Source of the DNA: Planctomycetota bacterium
GTDB taxonomy: Bacteria > Planctomycetota > UBA8108 > SXIK01
NCBI GenBank assembly: GCA_965223265.1
Contig: OZ244999.1
Coordinates: 2,624,001-2,688,000, forward strand
Length of the DNA stretch: 64,000 nt
Reading direction: 5' to 3'
The stretch's first letter is position 1, and each line of letters begins with the position of its first letter. The translations under genes were made by a program, and so were the position numbers. The notes under the pieces were generated by a model. The model was not told the DNA's origin, searched no databases, and saw only the letters and a program-made list of their open reading frames with translations. This document shows, one piece after another, positions 58,467 to 64,000 of this stretch.

Positions 58467-58961
58467 ATGGAGCCATCACTTTCGTCACGTTTCGTCTCCG
58501 TCTTCGAAGGCCGTCCTTCAGAAGTGTATGTGGTCCAGGCGACTCTCGAAGCGCAGGGTTTTCACACCTTCGCGGCGGACGAAACCATCAAGACGATCGA
58601 CCCGTTCATCACCGGTGTGGGCATGCTGCGCCGCACGCTGCAGGTGCCGTCGCAGCAGGTCGAAGCGGCTCGTTCGTACCTCGCCAAGCTGGAAGCATCG
58701 CGCAAAGAGGCTCCAGGAGCGAGGGTCGCTCAAAACCACGAGCCGACCCTGGAACGTCTCGGACGCCGGCTGCGATGGGGCGCGCTTGCGAGTCTGTTCG
58801 CACCGATCGTCCCACGTCTGGAGTGGTTGGCGATCGCCCTCTTCGGGGTTTTTTATCTCAGGTATTTCCTGTCGACGGTTACGGTTCAGCCGAAACCGCG
58901 GGCGCATCGCGCTACGCTCGTCTCCGGCGTCGTAATGATCGCCCTCCTAGCAGCCCGTTGA
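58467..58961 (+). CDS. DUF2007-like domain membrane protein; stop codon lies inside the MITE
   Basis: GGGGAG RBS; VYVVQATLEAQG...LQVPSQQVEAAR; C-terminal TM helices; last codons CTA GCA GCC CGT TGA overlap the flank and TIR. Confidence 0.65.
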   Translation: MEPSLSSRFVSVFEGRPSEVYVVQATLEAQGFHTFAADETIKTIDPFITGVGMLRRTLQVPSQQVEAARSYLAKLEASRKEAPGARVAQNHEPTLERLGRRLRWGALASLFAPIVPRLEWLAIALFGVFYLRYFLSTVTVQPKPRAHRATLVSGVVMIALLAAR

Positions 58962-59109
58962 AAAAGTCATTCGGCCGAAGAAACTGGCCTCTTCACGCCC
59001 AGCTCGACCGCGTCAATACTCGAAAATCCCAAGATTGCCTCCGTTTGCCGCAGCCGATCTGGACGCGAAGAGACCAGTTTTCGGCTCGAAGCACTTTTTC
59101 AACAGGCTG
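58951..59109 (+). mobile_element. MITE copy (159 bp, subtype A), flanked by CTAG
   Basis: Near-identical to 9976..10135; CTAG at 58947-58950 and 59110-59113; right CTAG holds the kinase stop codon. Confidence 0.9.
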
Positions 59110-62100
59110 CTAGGCGTCGGTCACGATTCGAAGAAGCGCTGCCGCTTCCTCGCGCACACTCTCAAGCGCGCGGTCGTATCTCGACGTGCGTTCCAGCTCG
59201 ACCAGCGCCGCGTCGAAGTGCTTGAGGGCCTCTTGGCGCTCACCGAGATGCCAGAACGTCATAGCTAAATAAAAATCATCGAAGGCGTTCGGCGGGCGCA
59301 ATCGCGTCGTTTTCTTGAGCGCTTCGTAAGCCGCCGCCCATTCGCCCGTTCGAAAGTGCGCCACGCCAAGTGTGTTCCAGTATTCGGCTCGTTTCGGCGC
59401 GAAACGAACAGCCACCTGAGCTACGCGAAGTGCGAGAGTCAAGCACTCGGTCTGCGGCTGGGTCTCGGCAAGGGAGCTCCACGCGATATCGTTCAGCCGC
59501 GCTGCAAGTTGACGGCGTGTCGAAGGGCTCGGCTCGAGGGTGTCGATGCAGGCTAAAGCGGCATCGAAAGAAACCGAAGCTGGAGGCCGACATTCCGAGT
59601 GAGCCAGCGCCCAACTGCTGAGCAGCCACTCCGAGTAGCATAGGAGCGCTGCCTCGTCGTTCTCGCTCTCGCGCCTCAGGGTGTCGCAGAGTTCGCCGTA
59701 TCTGCTCTGCGCGATGGCGTTTGAGTCTGTCGGCAGAGGCTTCGTCGTCGCGATGATTTCTGCCACCAAACGCTGTGAACCAACAACGCGACCACCTTCA
59801 GGAGAGGGCGGTCGCGACGTTGCGGTCGACTCACGACTGCTGCGACTCGCCTCTTCGCGTACGTACTTCCAGGGAAACGGCGCCAACGCGCGCGTCCTGC
59901 TGCTTTTTTTCGGCTCGTTTTGGATCGCGAGTGTCGCCTCGGTTTGTAGCTCATTCGAACGAGAATCCGCGATCGTCGGTACTGGCCATAGGAGGACGCC
60001 GCTCTGTGTCGTGCCAACTGCGAGCTGTGCGCCATCGGAACTGAAGGCGAGAGTCCGGCCGCGGGAGCTGTGTAGCAGTGGCAGACTGTAGAACGGAGGC
60101 TCAGTCTTCAGGTTCCAGAGACGGGCGATGCCATCCGCGGACACCGCTGCCAAGAGCCGGCTGTCTGAGCTGAATCTCACGTCAACGATGGCACTCGCAT
60201 GCCGGGTTTCGGCTCCGATGCGTCGACGGACGCGGCGATCCCAGATTTCGATCGCTCCCGACATGTTCCCGCTAGCGAAGTAGTGACCGTCAGGGCTAAA
60301 GGCGAGGGCGTGTGTGCGACCATGCGCGAACGGCCGGCGCTGTCGCCTCGAATTCATGTCCACAAAGGTGTTCGCCCCGGCTCCACCTGTGGCCAAAAGT
60401 TCACCCTCAGGGCTGAATGCCATCGCCAGTACTTCGCCATTTGGTTTGGCCATCAGATCGTCGGCGAACTCTGTGTAAGGCGGCTCGATCCAACGGACCG
60501 TACCCTCCCGTGTGGCGACTGCGAGGGCTCCGGTGCGGGGTTGAAACGACACAACGGTGATCTCGGTGTCGATTTTGAGCGGCGAGGCGCTGCGCGTCCA
60601 GGTGTTGCTGCTCCAAAGGTCGACGACGCCATCTTTCGAGGCGACAGCCAGCAGCTCTCCGTCGGCGCGAAACGCCATTGTGCGAATGTCTGGGCCGATC
60701 GTCTCGAGTACGCGCTCGCGCGAACGTGTCTTCAGGTCCCACACGTCGACCGATCGTTTCGAGTGTGCGATGACCAACGAGGAGTCCCGTGGCCGAAACG
60801 CGAGGGCGTGGACCTCGCCGCTGAGCGGTATGTGCGTAGCTTTCGGTGCCCGACTCACATCATAGAGGCGCGCGTAGCCGGCCTTCGAGGCCGTCGCGAG
60901 TCGACGTCCGTCTGGGTGAAACGCGATCTTGTAGACGAGACTCGGGTGCGCAAGGACGAGGCCGTGCCTGCGAGCTGTGGCGGCGTTCCAGACATGGACC
61001 GTGCCGTCGAGAAGGGAGGTGGCAAAGAGGTGCCCACGTGGTGCGAAGCTCATGCATTCGACGGACGATTGGTGCTGCAGCGGTGCGCCGTGGCGCGTAG
61101 CGTTCGCGGCGTTCCACAGCTGCACGGTGCCGTCAGCTAGAGCAGTAGCGAGGTATGTCGACGTGGCGTCGAACGAGAGCGCGACGCAGTCGCCGTCATA
61201 CGGAAGTGGTGAGCCGTGGGGCGACATATCGTCCTGCCGCCACAGCTGTGCGCTTCCGGGTGAGCTGACTGCGAGCCATCGACCGTCTCGACTGAACGCC
61301 GTCCGATGCATTCCGTTCCCCTTGCCGACGCGAGAGCCGTGCGGCTCCCGGTCATCGACTCGCCACACGCCCGCGGGGCCGTCGTTGGATCCGGCTGCGA
61401 GCAGGCGGCCATCTGCACTGAAGCGGACTTCGCTTGCGCGTACGTGTCGAATGGGAGGTCCGTCGAGGACTCCATCGTCGCAGTTCCACAGCTTGATCGT
61501 CCCTTCCCGTTGTGAGCTGCTCGCTAGCAGACGCCCGTCCGGACTGAACGCGAGATGAAAGATTACACTCGTGCCGTGCGACATCTCCCTCAGTGAGCCG
61601 GTGGTCGAAGACCAAAGCCGAACTTCGCCGCGGTCGGTCGCTGTGGCGACGATGCCGCCGTCTGTGGGGCTGAACTCCAGCGCGGTGACGCGCGCTCGGT
61701 GCGCGAGCGGGAGTTCGCTGAGAACGCCGCGTGAGAGGTTCCAGATCTGAGCCTCATTGGGGCGGCCGCAGCCAATTGCCAGCGTGCGTCCGTCAGGGCT
61801 GAAAGCGATCGCACGCACGTGGCCAGTACCGTAGGTGCCAAGGACATCGACGAGTTGATTTGGGAAGATTTGATGCCAGCCGGACAGAATCCAGTCCGCT
61901 ACTGAGCGGAGCGGATTTTCTTGCGGAGCGATACGTCGGGCCTCCAGGACGTGGAGCAGCCCAAGAGGATTTCTGTCATCGAGCATCTGAGTTCCAACGT
62001 CGAGCCGCGAACGTGCGAGTAGTTCTTGCGTGTGTCGTAGGCTGTCCGCCCGGCTGCGCTCGCTCTCCTCGACGCGCTGCAGGGCAGCTTGCGTGCGCCG

Positions 62101-63345
62101 CTGCTCCCGCCAGATCAGGACAACGCTTGTCAAGAGGCCGATGAACAATAGAGAGAGCACACCGACAGCCATCGTCACGCTTGTACGGTGACGCTGGTAG
62201 AATGCTGCGCCCTTCTCCCACCTCGTCTGTGGTCGCGCTTCGATCGGGCTGCCACGAAGAAATCGCTGCAGATCTTGCGACATTGCCTCCGCCGTGGCGT
62301 AGCGATCGCGAGGCTCCTTGCGCAGGCACTTCATCACGATCGTGTCGAGATCGACCGGAATGGCTGCGTTCAAACTGCGCGGAGGGCGAGGTTCTTCCTG
62401 AAGTACGCGGCTCAAAGTGTCACGATGGTCTTTGCCGCGAAACGGAGGTTCACGAGTGAGCGCCTCGTAGAGAGTCGTTCCGAGGCTGTAGATATCGGCG
62501 CGATGGTCGATCCGCTGCTTTCGGGTCTGGGCTTGCTCAGGGCTCATGTAGAGAGGAGTCCCGAGAATGTCGCCGCTGAGGGTCAGCGACTCCTGGCCCT
62601 CGAGTCGCGCTAGACCGAAGTCCAGGATGCGAAGACGTCCGTCCGCATCGATCATCAGATTCGACGGCTTGATGTCTCGATGGATGACGCCCTGCTGATG
62701 CGCATGCTGCAGGCCCGATGCGACATCGGCGAAGGCCTCAGCGATTTCGTAGCACTCCCGCGCGCTGACGGTGTCAACGCGATCTGCCTCCACAGCTTGG
62801 CTTTCACGTGGCACCCGAGGACTCGTGATCGGGCCGCCCGCTGCAAGTGTTTGCGCCAAGGTTCGACCGTCAACGAACTCCATGGCATAGAACGGAGTCC
62901 CTCCCTCGACCCCCATGCCGTAGACCGAGACGATGTTCGCATGGTTCAGCTGGCCTGCAACCTGTGCCTCGCGAACGAAGCGTACGACGTTGCGCGCATC
63001 GGCTGCAATCCCGGCTGGCAGCATCTTCAAGGCGACGCGCCGATGCATCGACTTCTGCCAGGCTTCATAGACGACGCCCATCCCCCCGCGTCCCACTTGC
63101 CGCCGCAGTTCATAGTCGCCGATCGTTCCGAGCGGTTGAGTGTCACCGTCACCATCACCGTCACCGAGTCGTAGGAAGGTTTCGAACTCGACCATGATCT
63201 CGGCGGCGAGCTGTGGGTGTTCCGCCTCGACGACTTCACGATGGATCCATTCACCAGCGTTCAACCGGTCGATGTAGGCGAGAAGGAGTTCGTCAACGCG
63301 TTGGGCTTTTTCGGGAGTCGGCGTCGTCTGCTGATCCTTACTCAT
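59110..63345 (-). CDS. Ser/Thr protein kinase with WD40 repeats and C-terminal TPR
   Basis: VGRGGMGVVY, VALK, HRDIKPSN, DFG, GTPLYMSPEQ, DIYSLG; TM-like segment; about 14 AFSPDG-type WD40 repeats; YWNTLGVAHFR TPR; ATG overlaps the sigma stop. Confidence 0.95.
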   Translation of the reverse strand: MSKDQQTTPTPEKAQRVDELLLAYIDRLNAGEWIHREVVEAEHPQLAAEIMVEFETFLRLGDGDGDGDTQPLGTIGDYELRRQVGRGGMGVVYEAWQKSMHRRVALKMLPAGIAADARNVVRFVREAQVAGQLNHANIVSVYGMGVEGGTPFYAMEFVDGRTLAQTLAAGGPITSPRVPRESQAVEADRVDTVSARECYEIAEAFADVASGLQHAHQQGVIHRDIKPSNLMIDADGRLRILDFGLARLEGQESLTLSGDILGTPLYMSPEQAQTRKQRIDHRADIYSLGTTLYEALTREPPFRGKDHRDTLSRVLQEEPRPPRSLNAAIPVDLDTIVMKCLRKEPRDRYATAEAMSQDLQRFLRGSPIEARPQTRWEKGAAFYQRHRTSVTMAVGVLSLLFIGLLTSVVLIWREQRRTQAALQRVEESERSRADSLRHTQELLARSRLDVGTQMLDDRNPLGLLHVLEARRIAPQENPLRSVADWILSGWHQIFPNQLVDVLGTYGTGHVRAIAFSPDGRTLAIGCGRPNEAQIWNLSRGVLSELPLAHRARVTALEFSPTDGGIVATATDRGEVRLWSSTTGSLREMSHGTSVIFHLAFSPDGRLLASSSQREGTIKLWNCDDGVLDGPPIRHVRASEVRFSADGRLLAAGSNDGPAGVWRVDDREPHGSRVGKGNGMHRTAFSRDGRWLAVSSPGSAQLWRQDDMSPHGSPLPYDGDCVALSFDATSTYLATALADGTVQLWNAANATRHGAPLQHQSSVECMSFAPRGHLFATSLLDGTVHVWNAATARRHGLVLAHPSLVYKIAFHPDGRRLATASKAGYARLYDVSRAPKATHIPLSGEVHALAFRPRDSSLVIAHSKRSVDVWDLKTRSRERVLETIGPDIRTMAFRADGELLAVASKDGVVDLWSSNTWTRSASPLKIDTEITVVSFQPRTGALAVATREGTVRWIEPPYTEFADDLMAKPNGEVLAMAFSPEGELLATGGAGANTFVDMNSRRQRRPFAHGRTHALAFSPDGHYFASGNMSGAIEIWDRRVRRRIGAETRHASAIVDVRFSSDSRLLAAVSADGIARLWNLKTEPPFYSLPLLHSSRGRTLAFSSDGAQLAVGTTQSGVLLWPVPTIADSRSNELQTEATLAIQNEPKKSSRTRALAPFPWKYVREEASRSSRESTATSRPPSPEGGRVVGSQRLVAEIIATTKPLPTDSNAIAQSRYGELCDTLRRESENDEAALLCYSEWLLSSWALAHSECRPPASVSFDAALACIDTLEPSPSTRRQLAARLNDIAWSSLAETQPQTECLTLALRVAQVAVRFAPKRAEYWNTLGVAHFRTGEWAAAYEALKKTTRLRPPNAFDDFYLAMTFWHLGERQEALKHFDAALVELERTSRYDRALESVREEAAALLRIVTDA

Positions 63346-63943
63346 GACTTGCGTCGTCGCTATCGAGCGTCCACGGCGGGAGGTGAAGACTCTCCGTGTC
63401 TCCGAACTCAAGGCGGAGCTTCTTGAGTGCTCGAGCGAGTAGCTGCGCTACGGCCGCTTTGGAGCGCTGCATTCGCCTGGCGATTTCATCGCTCCGCACT
63501 CGTTTGACGCGGGCCAACAGAATCACCTCTCGGTGATCGGGGCTGAGTCGCCCCAGAGCATTCTGGAGGCGCTCGAATCGCTCCTGGCGCTGAATTATTT
63601 TCCACACGGGAATCTCTCCAGACGAGGTTTCCTGGTCGAGGCCGCGATGCGCGTGCGAGCGGCGTGCTCTGCGAGCCTCCTTGAGGATCACATTTTCGGC
63701 GATGCCTCCTAACCAGCGCATGAGAGAGTCGTCTCCCTGCCAGCGAAAGCGGACGATCGAACCATACGCTCGCGTGAGAGTCTCCTGAAGAACATCTTCG
63801 ACCTCGACTTGTGCACTCAGTTCAGGACCCAGACGCGCGCAGATGAGTGCCTGCAGGCGTCCTCTGAGGAGGCGGGCGAGCTGATCAAACGCGTCTCGGT
63901 TTCCGCCCTGCGCCTCTCGAATGAGCGCCTCAGTTGGTACCAT
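63338..63943 (-). CDS. ECF sigma-70 factor, translationally coupled to the kinase
   Basis: GNRDAFDQL, VEDVLQETL, WLGGIAEN, LSPDHREVI, EIARRM...RALKKLR; 8-bp ATGAGTAA overlap. Confidence 0.92.
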   Translation of the reverse strand: MVPTEALIREAQGGNRDAFDQLARLLRGRLQALICARLGPELSAQVEVEDVLQETLTRAYGSIVRFRWQGDDSLMRWLGGIAENVILKEARRARRSHAHRGLDQETSSGEIPVWKIIQRQERFERLQNALGRLSPDHREVILLARVKRVRSDEIARRMQRSKAAVAQLLARALKKLRLEFGDTESLHLPPWTLDSDDASHE

Positions 63944-64000
63944 GCACCTTACATCCTTGTCAGTCCCCAGGCGTCGTCGCTATGACGCGCCAATTCTTCA

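Noticed and set aside
63141-63166. GTCACC-type microsatellite
   Set aside because: In-frame GDGDGDGD linker in the kinase; length changes would not shift the frame.

Overview
GC-rich bacterial DNA that is almost certainly from a planctomycete (inference from three DUF1501 genes, a DUF1549/DUF1553-DUF1501-PPC operon, an ECF sigma factor coupled to a WD40/TPR Ser/Thr kinase, and a Cys-flanked dockerin-like domain on four secreted proteins). About 40 CDS, mostly exported carbohydrate-related or uncharacterised proteins. No rRNA, tRNA, CRISPR array or transposase was seen. Best candidates for novelty: (1) a 1824-aa secreted protein with FG-GAP propellers and a dikinase module in glucan-water-dikinase order (phospho-His domain, then ATP-grasp, no PEP barrel), next to a secreted CotH kinase with the same dockerin-like tail, suggesting an exported two-phosphotransferase system; (2) five copies of a 160-180 bp hairpin MITE with CTAG/TTAA flanks, one interrupting codon 4 of a multiheme/FGE-fold lipoprotein gene and one supplying a stop codon; (3) a TGGGA-N6-TCCCA palindrome upstream of a DUF5666-DUF6502 pair; (4) an exported triple-Rid protein; (5) a frameshifted ATPase gene. 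All family calls come from motifs recognised by eye, not database searches.
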